From an uncultured Bifidobacteriaceae bacterium (GTDB lineage Bacteria; Actinomycetota; Acidimicrobiia; IMCC26256; JAENVU01), in contig CAZJBJ010000003.1 of assembly GCA_964544295.1 (NCBI GenBank), positions 1 through 52,952 of the forward strand: a stretch of DNA of 52,952 nucleotides, read 5' to 3'. Under the pieces are notes generated by a model, which was not told where the DNA came from, did not search any database, and was given only the letters and a program-made list of their open reading frames with translations. Both the position numbers and the translations under genes were made by a program. Below, piece by piece: positions 35,996 to 46,844 of this stretch. Positions within the stretch are counted from its first letter, which is position 1. Every line of letters starts with the position of its first letter.

Positions 35996-37492
35996 GTGTC
36001 GATCTCGTTCTCACTCGCCTCGACCGCGCCCGACCGCACCCGCGCCGACGTGCTGGCCGTCCCGGTGTTCGCCGAGCGGACCCTCGGCCCGGGCGCCGAC
36101 GCCGTCGACGCCACCTGCGGGGGCGACCTCGCCGGGTTCATGACCCGCGCCGGGTTCACCGGCGCAAAGGGTCAGGCGTTGTTCGTTCCGCTCGACGGCC
36201 CCGCGAAGTCGGCGTTGCTCGTCGGTCTGGGGAAGGCCGAGGACGTGACCGCCGACAGCCTGCGCGTCGCGGCCGCGCTCGTGTCGCAGCGGGCCTCGGG
36301 TGCGGCGCGCGTGGCGACGACGTTGCCGGACGGCGCGCCGGCCTCGATCGATCGCCCGGCCGCGGCGCAGGCCGTCGCCGAAGGCTTCGTGCTCGGCGGG
36401 TACGAGTTCCTCGAGTACCGGTCGAAGAAGTCCGAGCGGAAGCTCGCCAACGTCGTGGTTCTCGGCGGGGGCGGCGCGGGCGTGCGCCGCGCGCTCGATC
36501 GCGCCGCGACCGTGGCCGACGCGGTGGTCTGGGCGCGCGACATGGTCAACACGCCGGCGCGTGAACTCTCGCCGGATCAGTTCGCCAAGGCCGCCCAGGC
36601 GCGTCTGCGCGGCCGGAACGTGAAGGTCGAGGTGCTCGACCTCGCGGCGATCCGCCGGCTCCGGCTCGGCGGCGTCGTCGGCGTCGGTCAGGGGTCGAAG
36701 CAGCCGCCCCGGTTCGTGAAGATGACGTACTCGCCCCGCGGGGCGCGCGGCACGATCGCGCTCGTCGGCAAGGGGGTCGTGTTCGACTCCGGCGGCCTCT
36801 CGCTCAAGACCGGCTCGGGCATGGAGACGATGAAGACCGACATGGCCGGGGCCGCCGCGGTGATCGCGGCGATGTCGGCGCTGGCCGACCTCGACGTGCA
36901 GACCAAGGTCGTCGCCTACACGCCGATGGTCGAGAACATGCCGAGCGGGGAGGCGATCCGCCCCGGCGACGTGCTCACCTTCCGCAACGGCAAGACCGCC
37001 GAAGTGCTCAACACCGACGCCGAGGGTCGCCTGATCCTGGCCGACGCGCTCTCGCTCGCCGCCGAGGGCAAGCCCGACGGCATCGTCGACCTCGCGACCC
37101 TCACCGGCGCGTGCGTGGTCGCGCTCGGCGAGAAGATCGCCGGGCTCATGACGAACGACGAGTCGTGGGGCGACACCGTCGAGGCCGCGTCCAAGCGGGC
37201 CGGCGAGTCCATGTGGCCGCTGCCGCTGCCCAAGGAGTACCGCAAGATGCTCGACTCCGAGGTCGCCGACATGAAGAACATCAGCCACGGTGGCTATGGC
37301 GGCGCGCTCACGGCCGGGCTCTTCCTCCAGGAGTTCGTGAACGACGTGCCGTGGGTCCACCTCGACATCGCCGGCCCGTCACGCGCCAGTGCAGACGACG
37401 GCTACGCGCGTCGGGGCGGCACCGGCTTCGGGGTGCGCACGCTCCTCGAGCTGGTCGACGGCTACCGGCCGGCGAAGCGCGCCAAGAAGTAA
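35996..37492 (+). CDS. pepA: Leucyl aminopeptidase (M17)
   Basis: LVGKGVVFDSGGLSLK, MKTDMAG, NTDAEGRLILAD, ATLTGA, WVHLDIAG. Confidence 0.96.
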   Translation: MSISFSLASTAPDRTRADVLAVPVFAERTLGPGADAVDATCGGDLAGFMTRAGFTGAKGQALFVPLDGPAKSALLVGLGKAEDVTADSLRVAAALVSQRASGAARVATTLPDGAPASIDRPAAAQAVAEGFVLGGYEFLEYRSKKSERKLANVVVLGGGGAGVRRALDRAATVADAVVWARDMVNTPARELSPDQFAKAAQARLRGRNVKVEVLDLAAIRRLRLGGVVGVGQGSKQPPRFVKMTYSPRGARGTIALVGKGVVFDSGGLSLKTGSGMETMKTDMAGAAAVIAAMSALADLDVQTKVVAYTPMVENMPSGEAIRPGDVLTFRNGKTAEVLNTDAEGRLILADALSLAAEGKPDGIVDLATLTGACVVALGEKIAGLMTNDESWGDTVEAASKRAGESMWPLPLPKEYRKMLDSEVADMKNISHGGYGGALTAGLFLQEFVNDVPWVHLDIAGPSRASADDGYARRGGTGFGVRTLLELVDGYRPAKRAKK

Positions 37493-37520
37493 GCGGGCGC
37501 GCGGTCTCAGGCGCGCGGCG

Positions 37521-38189
37521 TCAGGCGGTCACGACGACGAGGGTGCCCTCGGGCGTCCAGTCGTAGAGCACCTTCGCCCAGAACTGGCTCTCGCGCACGC
37601 AGCCCGAACTCAACGGCTGACCGAGTTGGGAGTCGTCCTCGATCTGGGAGTTGTCCGGGTTCAGCGGGATCCCGTGGAACCCGATGTCGGTCGTGCGCCC
37701 CCAGGTGAATCCGACGAACCACGGCAGGCGCAGGTCGGGGTGGGCCTTCGAGCGGCCCATCTCCAGCTTGCGGAACACGTGGTACTCGCCCGGGCTCGGG
37801 ACGCCGCGACGACCGCTCACGAGGTACTTGAACTCGACGTAGTTGGTCTCGTCGATCAGCCACACGGTCTGGCACGAGTTGCAGTACACGATCCGACGGC
37901 CGACGCCACTGTTCTCCGGCGCCGGGCCGTAGTTCGGGTTGACCGCAGGGCGGGTCGTCGTCGTGGTCGTCGCCGTCTCCGCGAGCCGGGCGGCGGCGCG
38001 CTGGAGCACGAGCGGTTGGGTGTCACCGGACCAGCGGGCGCCCGGCGGTGCGGGGGCCGCGGTCGCGGCCCGGCCGCCGCACGAGGCGAGGAGCAGCGCG
38101 ACGACGACCGACGCGACGCTCGTGGCGATGGCGGCCTGCAACCGGCGGCGCGCCTCCCGACGGGCCCGGCGATCCTGCATGGTTTCCAT
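37521..38189 (-). CDS. L,D-transpeptidase (YkuD family) lipoprotein
   Basis: Lipobox LLASC; IGFHGIP...LGQPLSSGCVR catalytic His/Cys; GGAGG SD. Confidence 0.85.
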   Translation of the reverse strand: METMQDRRARREARRRLQAAIATSVASVVVALLLASCGGRAATAAPAPPGARWSGDTQPLVLQRAAARLAETATTTTTTRPAVNPNYGPAPENSGVGRRIVYCNSCQTVWLIDETNYVEFKYLVSGRRGVPSPGEYHVFRKLEMGRSKAHPDLRLPWFVGFTWGRTTDIGFHGIPLNPDNSQIEDDSQLGQPLSSGCVRESQFWAKVLYDWTPEGTLVVVTA

Positions 38190-38311
38190 TGCGGCCTCCC
38201 AACCGTTCCGGGTCGTGCCCGGTTCGGTGGGGTTCTCGGCCGCGAATCAGCAGAACTGAAACCGAACGCGCGGAGGCGCAGGACGATTCGTCCGGTTGGG
38301 AAGTCTTTGGG

Positions 38312-39496
<1,185 letters not shown>

Positions 39497-39589
39497 CGGA
39501 GGCTCCGGAAAACGTGAGGATGTTCGATCGGGGATTGAAATGCTACCCGCCCGGTCGGATATTCCCAAGATGGAAGATCGGCGGGGCCG

Positions 39590-40369
39590 TCAGGCCCGGA
39601 TCGCGGCCACCAGACGGGGCAGGAACTCGCCGAGCGGCTCCCGGGCGATGGCATCGGCATACCCGTCGAACGGGGTGGGTTCGGCGTTGGCGATCACGAG
39701 CCGGGCGCCGTGGCCGAGCGCGATCTCGGGGAGGGCCGCGGCCGGGTACACGCCGAGGCTGGTGCCGAGGGCGAGAAACACGTCGGCGTCGGCGGCGGCG
39801 CGCTGGGCCCGGGCGAGATCGGCGGGCACCAGGTTCTCGCCGAAGCTGATCGTGGCGGACTTCAACATCCCGCCGCACTCGGTGCAGGCCGGATCCGGGT
39901 CGCCGGCGCGGACCCGGGCGAGCGTCTCGGTCATCGGCCCGCGCCAGTCGCACGCCAGGCACTTGGCGCCGTGCACGGTGCCGTGGATCTCCACGATCGA
40001 AGTCGGATCACTGCCCGCCGCCTGGTGCAGGCCGTCGATGTTCTGGGTGACGAGCGTGTGGACCGACGCGACCCGCGCCAGTTCGGCGAGGGCGCGGTGC
40101 CCGGCGTTGGGTTCGGCGTTCCAGATCTCGGAGGTGAGCCGGTTCTGCCACGCCTGCCGGCGCACCTCGGGATCGGCCACGTAGTGCTGGAGGGTCGCGG
40201 TCTTCTCGGCCGCAGGGTTCTTCGTCCACACCCCGTCGGGACCGCGGAAATCAGGGATGCCCGATTCGGTCGACATGCCCGCGCCGGTGAGGATCACGAT
40301 CGCGTCGGCGGCAAGCAACCAGCCGGCGAGGGTGGCGATGTCCTCGTCGCGCGCCGTCGCCCCACTCAC
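39590..40369 (-). CDS. cobB: NAD-dependent protein deacylase (Sir2 family)
   Basis: TGAGMSTESGIPDFR, TQNIDGLH, EIHG, CxxC...CxxC, FGE, GTSL.VYPAA; TACGCT box 7 nt before GTG. Confidence 0.9.
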   Translation of the reverse strand: MSGATARDEDIATLAGWLLAADAIVILTGAGMSTESGIPDFRGPDGVWTKNPAAEKTATLQHYVADPEVRRQAWQNRLTSEIWNAEPNAGHRALAELARVASVHTLVTQNIDGLHQAAGSDPTSIVEIHGTVHGAKCLACDWRGPMTETLARVRAGDPDPACTECGGMLKSATISFGENLVPADLARAQRAAADADVFLALGTSLGVYPAAALPEIALGHGARLVIANAEPTPFDGYADAIAREPLGEFLPRLVAAIRA

Positions 40370-40473
40370 CCGGTCGAGCGTACCGGTGGTGTGAGCGGGG
40401 CGACAGCAGGCGGAGGGTTCGATCCGGCGGACGGAGGGGGAGGGGGAGACGCGCCGGACCGAACCCTCCGCGA

Positions 40474-41136
40474 TCAGGCGGCCGTGTCGGCCGTCGAGTC
40501 CGCGATCGTCGGCGGGGCCGGTTCGGCGTCGACCGAAATCGGTTCGGGTTCGTCGAGCGCCGCGAACGCACGTTGATGTTGCGCGTGGGCCCACTCGGCG
40601 CTCTCCCGACAGATGGTCGGGTGGAATCCCGTGCTCAGCAGCGTGCGCTCGACGAGGTCGAGGTCGTCACCGTGCTCGAACAGCGTGAACGCGAGCCGAC
40701 GCGCCCGCTTGCGCGCGTGTTCGAGCGGGGAGGTGCCGAGTTGGGTTTCGGTCCAGTCGGCGTGCTCGCGCTGGAGGTGGAGCGGCAGTCGATGGAGATG
40801 CCGCAGGTTCAACGGCTGGACGCGTCGGCGCACCGCGTAGTGCCCGTCGGTGGGCTGGCAGGCGAGGTCGAACTGGGTGAGCCGATCCAGGCTGCGGAAC
40901 AGCGGCGAGGCGCCGCCGCTGCGGGATCCGAGCCCGAGCGCGTGGGAAAGGTCGGCCGCCCCGATCGTCAGACCCTCGGGGTGTGCCTCGAAGCTGGTCG
41001 CGAGTCGCCGGAGCAGCAGCAGGCTGGTGGGTCCGAGCGTCGGGAGCCAGAACCGCTCCACGTATTCGGCGCGGGGGTCGTGGCCCAGGGTGTCGATGAT
41101 CGGGTCGGTCCAGGGGCTGAGGACGATGGTGGTCAT
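40474..41136 (-). CDS. Hypothetical protein with putative winged-helix domain
   Basis: YVERFWLPTLGPTSLLLLRRL...LSHALGL...SLDRLTQFDL pattern recalls DnaB/DnaD/RepA-type N-terminal wHTH; AAGGAG SD. Confidence 0.7.
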   Translation of the reverse strand: MTTIVLSPWTDPIIDTLGHDPRAEYVERFWLPTLGPTSLLLLRRLATSFEAHPEGLTIGAADLSHALGLGSRSGGASPLFRSLDRLTQFDLACQPTDGHYAVRRRVQPLNLRHLHRLPLHLQREHADWTETQLGTSPLEHARKRARRLAFTLFEHGDDLDLVERTLLSTGFHPTICRESAEWAHAQHQRAFAALDEPEPISVDAEPAPPTIADSTADTAA

Positions 41137-41180
41137 GATGCTCCTTCGGTGATCGGCTCGGGTGGGGCTGGTGCAGGTGG

Positions 41181-42026
41181 TCACGGCGCGGCCGGCAGCG
41201 TGAGGGCGAGACCCGGACGGATCAGGTTGGGGTCACCGCCGATCGCGTCGCGGTTGGCCGCGTAGATCGCCCGCCACGCGCGGTCGATGGTGGCGTTGGT
41301 CGCGTTCGCCGGGAGTTGGGACGCCGCGATGTTCCACAGGCAGTCGCCGGGCCTGACCATGTACGCGCGGCTCGGGTCCGGCAGGGGAGCGGGGGTCGTC
41401 GTGGGCACGGGGATTGGTGTCGCCGGTACCGCGGTGCGGGCCGGTTCGGCGGGTGCGCGTGTGGGGTTCCGCGCGATTGGGCGCGTCGGCGGCGGCGCCG
41501 GACTCAGCGAAGTCGTCGTCGTCGCCGGGAGCTGATCATCGGGAGTCGCGGCGCGCTTCGGTGTCGTCGGGTCGGTGCGTACCGCTGCTTCGGGTTCGGT
41601 GTCGCGCACCCACCGGCCCGTTCGGGCCGCGCGGGTCGTCGTCGTGGGCACGTCGGGACTGGGTTCGGGCTCGACGGGTGCGGGGCTGGACGTCGACGTC
41701 GACGGCGGGATCGCCGGTGCGGGGTGCACACTGGTCACGGTCGTCGTGGGCGGGGACAACCAGTCCCGGATCGATTCGTCCGCGGCGGCCGGGCGACCAC
41801 CCGTGAGCGAGACGACACCGGCGAGGACGCTCAGCACCGCGATCGCGCTGCGGTGGAGCGCGCTGGGAACCAGTCGATCCGCGAGCACGACGAACCTCGC
41901 GGTTGCGTGTCGTCGTCGCAGGAGTTCGGCGATCCCGGCGATGAGGAGCAAGGCGATCCCGACGGCGGTCGTCACCACGGCCGCCGCCCGGATCGTCTCG
42001 CTGATCAGATGTTCGTCGAACGCCAT
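41181..42026 (-). CDS. Membrane-anchored LysM-domain protein with Pro/Thr-rich stalk
   Basis: Two hydrophobic segments, P/T linker, YMVRPGDCLWNIA...IYAANRDAIGGDPNLIRPG; GGGAGG SD. Confidence 0.9.
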   Translation of the reverse strand: MAFDEHLISETIRAAAVVTTAVGIALLLIAGIAELLRRRHATARFVVLADRLVPSALHRSAIAVLSVLAGVVSLTGGRPAAADESIRDWLSPPTTTVTSVHPAPAIPPSTSTSSPAPVEPEPSPDVPTTTTRAARTGRWVRDTEPEAAVRTDPTTPKRAATPDDQLPATTTTSLSPAPPPTRPIARNPTRAPAEPARTAVPATPIPVPTTTPAPLPDPSRAYMVRPGDCLWNIAASQLPANATNATIDRAWRAIYAANRDAIGGDPNLIRPGLALTLPAAP

Positions 42027-42070
42027 CCGTGGCCTCCCCGTCGGGACCCACATCCGTGTGGGACCGTTGT

Positions 42071-42100
42071 TTTGCATCGGTTTCCATCGTGTTGCCTTGA
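42071..42100. promoter_or_regulatory. Three 10-bp phased direct repeats in a divergent promoter region
   Basis: TTTGCATCGG / TTTCCATCGT / GTTGCCTTGA in exact 10-nt register. Confidence 0.45.
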
Positions 42101-42247
42101 GCAGGGTGGCAAAGACCTACGATGGGGTCAAGGCTCATCCTCGGAATTGGGGAATTTGGCTCAGGCGCGCAGAATCTCGCGTCTCCGTCTGACTACTCTC
42201 CGTGACCTTCCTGCTACGGATGGCGGGATCGAACCGGAGGGCCAGGG

Positions 42248-42571
42248 ATGGACGAGTTCGATGCGATCGCCGCGGAGTTCCGCGCCGAGGGGCAGTTCGA
42301 GCACGAGGAACACGCCCGTGAGTTGCTCGCGGCAGCCGACGAGGTGCGTGGGTTCGACGAGTTGCTCCGGAGAGTGGCCACCGGGGACGTGGTGGCGCTG
42401 AGCATGATCGACGGAGCGATCCTGCGGGGCCGCATCGTACGGGTGGGCCGGGACTGGGTACGCCTCGCCGAGGTCGCCGACGAACTCGGCTCGGCCCGGG
42501 CCCGCACCCGCCGGGTGCACGACGTGCGGATCGCCGCGGTCGGTCGGATCAGTCGGGAGACGAGTCGATGA
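42248..42571 (+). CDS. Hypothetical protein (Sm/SH3-like beta pattern)
   Basis: GGAGG SD; VALSMIDGAILRGRIVRVGRDWVRL. As recalled (not searched), this type occurs beside LysM/SAF/ParA genes in actinobacteria. Confidence 0.72.
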   Translation: MDEFDAIAAEFRAEGQFEHEEHARELLAAADEVRGFDELLRRVATGDVVALSMIDGAILRGRIVRVGRDWVRLAEVADELGSARARTRRVHDVRIAAVGRISRETSR

Positions 42572-42785
42572 CCGGCACCCGCGATCGGGCCTCGGCCTCG
42601 AGGTCGGCGATGTACGCCTCGAGGGTCTCGCGGCTCACCCGCCAGACCCCCTTCTTGCCGATCTTCAATGCCGGCAGGTCCCCCGAACGCATGAGCGTGT
42701 ACACCTGGGTCACGGTGACGCTGAGCACCCGCGCGACGTCGGCGGGTTTCAAGAGCGGCGGTGGCAGGTCGTCGGTGTCGGCCAC
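42549..42785 (-). CDS. Excisionase/BldC-like small HTH (HTH_17) DNA-binding protein
   Basis: LLKPADVARVLSV...VYTLMRSGDLPALKIG..GVWRV; GAAGGAG SD before GTG. Confidence 0.88.
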   Translation of the reverse strand: MADTDDLPPPLLKPADVARVLSVTVTQVYTLMRSGDLPALKIGKKGVWRVSRETLEAYIADLEAEARSRVPVIDSSPD

Positions 42786-42890
42786 GAAGGCTCCTTCAGC
42801 GCTGCGTCTCGTGCAGTTCCCTGTGACTGGCTGCAACAGCGTAGCGAAGCGCGATGCTCAGCTTGCCCTGACCGTCATGGACGTGTCCCG

Positions 42891-43577
42891 ATGACAGCGG
42901 CGATCGGCGTGCTCAGCCGGCGCAGGCTCCGGGTTCCGGCGATCGACTCGCGGGTGGTCGCCGGCGTGGTGTTGATCGCAGTGTCGATCATCGGTGGACT
43001 GCGGCTCGCGGGTGATCCGGCGCCGATGACCCGCGTCTATGTCGCGGCGAGCGACCTCGAGGCCGGGCATGTGGTGAGTGGGAGTGACGTCTCGGTCCGC
43101 GAACTGCGGGGGGACCCGGCCACACTGGACGGCCTGAGTCGCGCCGGCCACGGTGTGCCGATCGGCCGGGTGCTGCGCACCGCCCTCCCCGCTGGCTCGG
43201 TGGTGCCCGTCGCCGCGCTGGGCGGTGCGATTCCCGGCGGACGGGACATCACGATTCCGGTGACGCCCGAGCATGCCCTCGGCGGGGACGTCCGTGACGG
43301 GGACCGCGTCGATGTCCTGGCCACCTTCGACAAGGGAACGGATGCGGCGCGCACCGTCATGGTGGCGAGTGACGCGACCGTCCGTGGCGTGGTGCGGGCC
43401 GACGGGCTCTTCGGCCAGCATGCCGGCGCGATCAGTGCCCTGACGCTCGCGGTCGAACCGGATGCCGCGGTCGCGGTGGCGTTCGCCGCCCGCAACGCGG
43501 AGCTCGACGTGATCCGCGCACACGGCGATCTCGACGGCGCGGGGCGTGACCGCTTCGACCGGGGCGATCTCCGATGA
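42891..43577 (+). CDS. cpaB: SAF-domain Flp pilus assembly protein, CpaB/RcpC-like
   Basis: TM, VYVAASDLEAG (SAF), VRDGDRVDVLATF, LTLAV; first gene of the ATGA-coupled tad operon. Confidence 0.8.
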   Translation: MTAAIGVLSRRRLRVPAIDSRVVAGVVLIAVSIIGGLRLAGDPAPMTRVYVAASDLEAGHVVSGSDVSVRELRGDPATLDGLSRAGHGVPIGRVLRTALPAGSVVPVAALGGAIPGGRDITIPVTPEHALGGDVRDGDRVDVLATFDKGTDAARTVMVASDATVRGVVRADGLFGQHAGAISALTLAVEPDAAVAVAFAARNAELDVIRAHGDLDGAGRDRFDRGDLR

Positions 43578-44752
43578 CCGACACGATCGATGTCGTGGTG
43601 TGCGCGGGCGGGGCACCGTGGGAGCTCTCGCTCGTGCGGGCGTTCCAGCGGCGCGAGCTCGGCGTACGCGTCGCCCGTCGATGTGTGGACCACGGTGAGT
43701 TGCTCGGCACCGCGCTCCGCGATCGGCCGGCGGCGGTACTGCTCGATGCCTCACTGACCTGGATCGATCGCGATCTGGTCACCACGTTGCGTCGGTCCGG
43801 CATCGAGACCATCGCGATCGGCAACTCCGCCCGTTCGCTCGACCGATTCGGCGTGCAGCAGTTCGAGGCCGACGTGTCTCCGGAGTCCATTGCGGCGGCC
43901 CTGTATGCGTTGGCCCCGATTCCGGGCGAGTCCGGGTCAGCCACGCAACCGGCCGACTCCCGCGCATCGACAACCGCCGGCCGGGTCGTCGCGGTGTGGG
44001 GCGGTGCCGGATCTCCCGGTCGGACGACGGTCGCGGTGCATCTCGCGATCGAGTCCGCTCGGGCCGGCGCCCGCACCGTGCTCGTCGATGCCGACGTGTG
44101 GGCGGCGTCGGTCGCGCAGCTCCTCGAACTCGAGGAGTCACCATCGTTGGCGCAGGCGGCGCGGCTCGCTGCGGATGGTTGGCCGAGTGGACTCGGCTCG
44201 GCACTGCAGCACGGGCCCGACGGGCTCATGGTGCTGACGGGGTTGGCGCGTGCCGAACTCTGGCCCGAGGTGCGCGAGACGGCGTGGCGCGCGGTCCTCG
44301 CCGAGGCGTCCACCATGTTCGATGTCGTCGTGGTCGACCTCGCCGCACCCATCGAAGAGGACGAGGAACTCACGTACGACCGAGCGCCCTACCGCCGCAA
44401 TCTGGTGACCCGGATCGCGTTGGAGCGGGCCGACGAGATCGTGCTGATCGCCGCGGCTGACCCCGTCGGTCTCCGGCGAGCGGTCGTGGCCCACCGGACC
44501 CTCACCGATGTCGGGCCGGACAGTGCTGCGACGGCGACGGTCGTCCTCAACCGCGCCCCGCGCGCGGGTCGACGGCTCCAGGACTGTTCGCGATCGATCG
44601 AGGAGTGGACCGGGGCCATTCCCCGGGCGATCCTTCCCGACGAACCGGCGTTCACTCGGGTGACGTGGGAAGGCCGAGCGCTCACCGAGGTCGCGCCGCG
44701 GTCTCGTTGGCTGCGCGAGTTGCGCGAGTCGCTCGTCACGGTGCTCGCATGA
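43574..44752 (+). CDS. cpaE: CpaE/TadZ-like MinD/ParA ATPase with degenerate receiver domain
   Basis: VAVWGGAGSPGRTTVAVHLA (deviant Walker A), LVDAD, DVVVVD, ADPVG. Confidence 0.8.
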   Translation: MTDTIDVVVCAGGAPWELSLVRAFQRRELGVRVARRCVDHGELLGTALRDRPAAVLLDASLTWIDRDLVTTLRRSGIETIAIGNSARSLDRFGVQQFEADVSPESIAAALYALAPIPGESGSATQPADSRASTTAGRVVAVWGGAGSPGRTTVAVHLAIESARAGARTVLVDADVWAASVAQLLELEESPSLAQAARLAADGWPSGLGSALQHGPDGLMVLTGLARAELWPEVRETAWRAVLAEASTMFDVVVVDLAAPIEEDEELTYDRAPYRRNLVTRIALERADEIVLIAAADPVGLRRAVVAHRTLTDVGPDSAATATVVLNRAPRAGRRLQDCSRSIEEWTGAIPRAILPDEPAFTRVTWEGRALTEVAPRSRWLRELRESLVTVLA

Positions 44753-45975
44753 TCGATCTCGGGTCCGACGTCGCAATCGCACGGGTCGAACACGACGTGC
44801 GCGAGCTGCTGGCGGCACGCGACGTGCCCGTCGACGAGGACCGCGCCCTGCGGGCACTGATCGATGAGGTCGTGGCCGAATACCGCGACCGGTACCTCGG
44901 AGGTGGACTGCCACCGCTGGCGGATCGGGATGTGGAGCTGCTGCACCAGCGCATCGTCGGGTTCGGCGCGATCACACCGTTGTTGGAGGACCCGACGGTC
45001 GAGGAGATCTGGATCAACGAACCGGGTCGGGTGTTCGCCGCGCGCGGTGGAGAGCACGAGCTGACTGGCGTGGTGCTCGATGCGCGCGACGTCGAGGAAC
45101 TGGTCGAGCGCATGTTGGCCCGCGCGGGTCGACGCCTCGATCGGGCCCAGCCGTTCGTCGATGCGCGCTTGCCCGACGGAAGCCGCCTGCACGTGGCCAT
45201 TCCGCCAATCACCAATCACTGGTCGGTGAACATCCGCAAGTTCGTCGGATTGCGCGCGCAGTCGTGTGCCGAGCTGGTCGCGATCGGTTCGTGTTCGGAC
45301 GCCGCGGCCTCGTTTCTGGATGCGGCGGTGCGCGCCGGCCTCTCGATCGTGGTGGCCGGTGCCGTCGGCGCGGGAAAGACCACGCTGCTCAACTGCCTGC
45401 TCGGTGCCGTGCCCGCCCGGGACCGCATCGTCACCTGCGAGGAGGTGTTCGAACTCCGGGTCGATCGTCCGGACGTGGTTGCGATGCAGTGCCGTCAACC
45501 CAACCTCGAAGGCGAAGGGGCGATCACCTTGCGTGATCTCGTCCGGGAGTCCCTCCGGATGCGGCCCGATCGGATCGTCATCGGCGAGGTGCGCGGCCCC
45601 GAGGCGCTGGACATGCTGCTGGCGCTAAATAGTGGCGCCGTCGGCATGACGTCGGTGCACGCCAACTCGGCTCGGGAAGCGCTGCGCAAGCTCACGACGC
45701 TGCCGCTCCTGGCCGGAGAGAATCTGGATCGCCGGTTCATCGCCGCGACGGTGGCCGCGTGCGTCGATCTCGTCGTGTTCTGCCGTCGGTCGACGAATGG
45801 CCGGGAGATCACCGAAATTCTGAGCGTCGGCGAACAGGTGGGCGACGGCGCGGACCTGACGGCGGGAGCGATCTTCACCGGTGCCGGACGGGACCTGACC
45901 TGGACCGGTGAATATCCCGCCGGCCGCGAGCGGTTCACCGATCGGGGTCTCGATCTCGCCGCGGTGCTCCGATGA
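44749..45975 (+). CDS. cpaF: Tad pilus assembly ATPase CpaF/TadA
   Basis: [57 protein letters not shown]. Confidence 0.94.
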   Translation: MIDLGSDVAIARVEHDVRELLAARDVPVDEDRALRALIDEVVAEYRDRYLGGGLPPLADRDVELLHQRIVGFGAITPLLEDPTVEEIWINEPGRVFAARGGEHELTGVVLDARDVEELVERMLARAGRRLDRAQPFVDARLPDGSRLHVAIPPITNHWSVNIRKFVGLRAQSCAELVAIGSCSDAAASFLDAAVRAGLSIVVAGAVGAGKTTLLNCLLGAVPARDRIVTCEEVFELRVDRPDVVAMQCRQPNLEGEGAITLRDLVRESLRMRPDRIVIGEVRGPEALDMLLALNSGAVGMTSVHANSAREALRKLTTLPLLAGENLDRRFIAATVAACVDLVVFCRRSTNGREITEILSVGEQVGDGADLTAGAIFTGAGRDLTWTGEYPAGRERFTDRGLDLAAVLR

Positions 45976-46844
45976 GGACGATCGTGGCGATCGGGTTGGC
46001 GCTCGGCGTCTTCATGGTGTTCGACGGCCTCACTCGCCGTCAGGTGGAGTCGCGCCCGCCCGTCGCGCCCGCGCGCATTCGTGCCTGGCTCGGCGCGGCA
46101 GGTCTCGACCAGGTCAGCCCGGCCCAGTTCGTCGTGGCGAGCCTCGGTCTCGGATTCGTGGTGGGCGCATTCGTGCTCGTGACGATCGGCTCGGCCGGTG
46201 TCGCGCTGGTGGCGAGCCTGGCCGGGTGCGTGGCACCGACCACCTACTACCGGCGGCGCCGACGGTCGGTACGCGTGGCTCGACGGCGGGCGTGGCCCGA
46301 GGCGATCGAGCTGCTCGCAGGCGCAGTGCGCGCCGGCGACACGCTGCCCGCCGCGATCGGCGTGGTCGCCGACCGTGGTCCCGAGACCCTCCAACCCGTC
46401 TTCCGGTCCGTGGTCTCCGACCATCGGGTGACGGGTGATCTGGTGGGCGCGCTCGAACGAATGGGTTCACGGGTGGCCGACCCCATCGCGGACCGGATCG
46501 TGCGGACGCTGATCCTGGCGCATCGGGTCGGTGGTCGCGAGTTGGGCCGGGTCCTGCGCACCCTCTCCGAGTTCCTCCGGGAGGACGTCGCCACCCGCCG
46601 CGAGATCGAAGCTCGGCAGTCCTGGACCGTCGTCGCGGCGCGGGTCGCCGCCTCGGCGCCATGGTTGGTGTTGGCGCTGGTGGCCAGCCGACCGCAGGGT
46701 GCCGCGGCGTTCGACACGCCGACGGGCGTGATGGTGCTCCTCGTCGGCGCCGCGGTCACCGTCGTCGGGTACCGCCTCATGATGCGCCTCGGTCGGCTTG
46801 CCGAAGAACCGCGCGTCCTCGTGGCCGAGCCGGTGAGCGCATGA
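45972..46844 (+). CDS. tadB: Tad inner-membrane platform protein TadB
   Basis: [36 protein letters not shown] (T2SSF domain). Confidence 0.88.
   Translation: MRTIVAIGLALGVFMVFDGLTRRQVESRPPVAPARIRAWLGAAGLDQVSPAQFVVASLGLGFVVGAFVLVTIGSAGVALVASLAGCVAPTTYYRRRRRSVRVARRRAWPEAIELLAGAVRAGDTLPAAIGVVADRGPETLQPVFRSVVSDHRVTGDLVGALERMGSRVADPIADRIVRTLILAHRVGGRELGRVLRTLSEFLREDVATRREIEARQSWTVVAARVAASAPWLVLALVASRPQGAAAFDTPTGVMVLLVGAAVTVVGYRLMMRLGRLAEEPRVLVAEPVSA

Noticed and set aside
39590-40369. Sir2 as an anti-phage defence effector
   Set aside because: It is a canonical zinc-binding CobB-type deacylase with no HerA, pAgo or TIR partner.
42002-42015. LexA box-like CGAACatctGATC
   Set aside because: One mismatch in the core and it lies inside the LysM coding start; plausible by chance.
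40474-42785. Prophage/ICE suggested by the excisionase-like and Rep-like genes
   Set aside because: No integrase, att repeats, tRNA target, relaxase or evident composition shift; the flanks are housekeeping genes.
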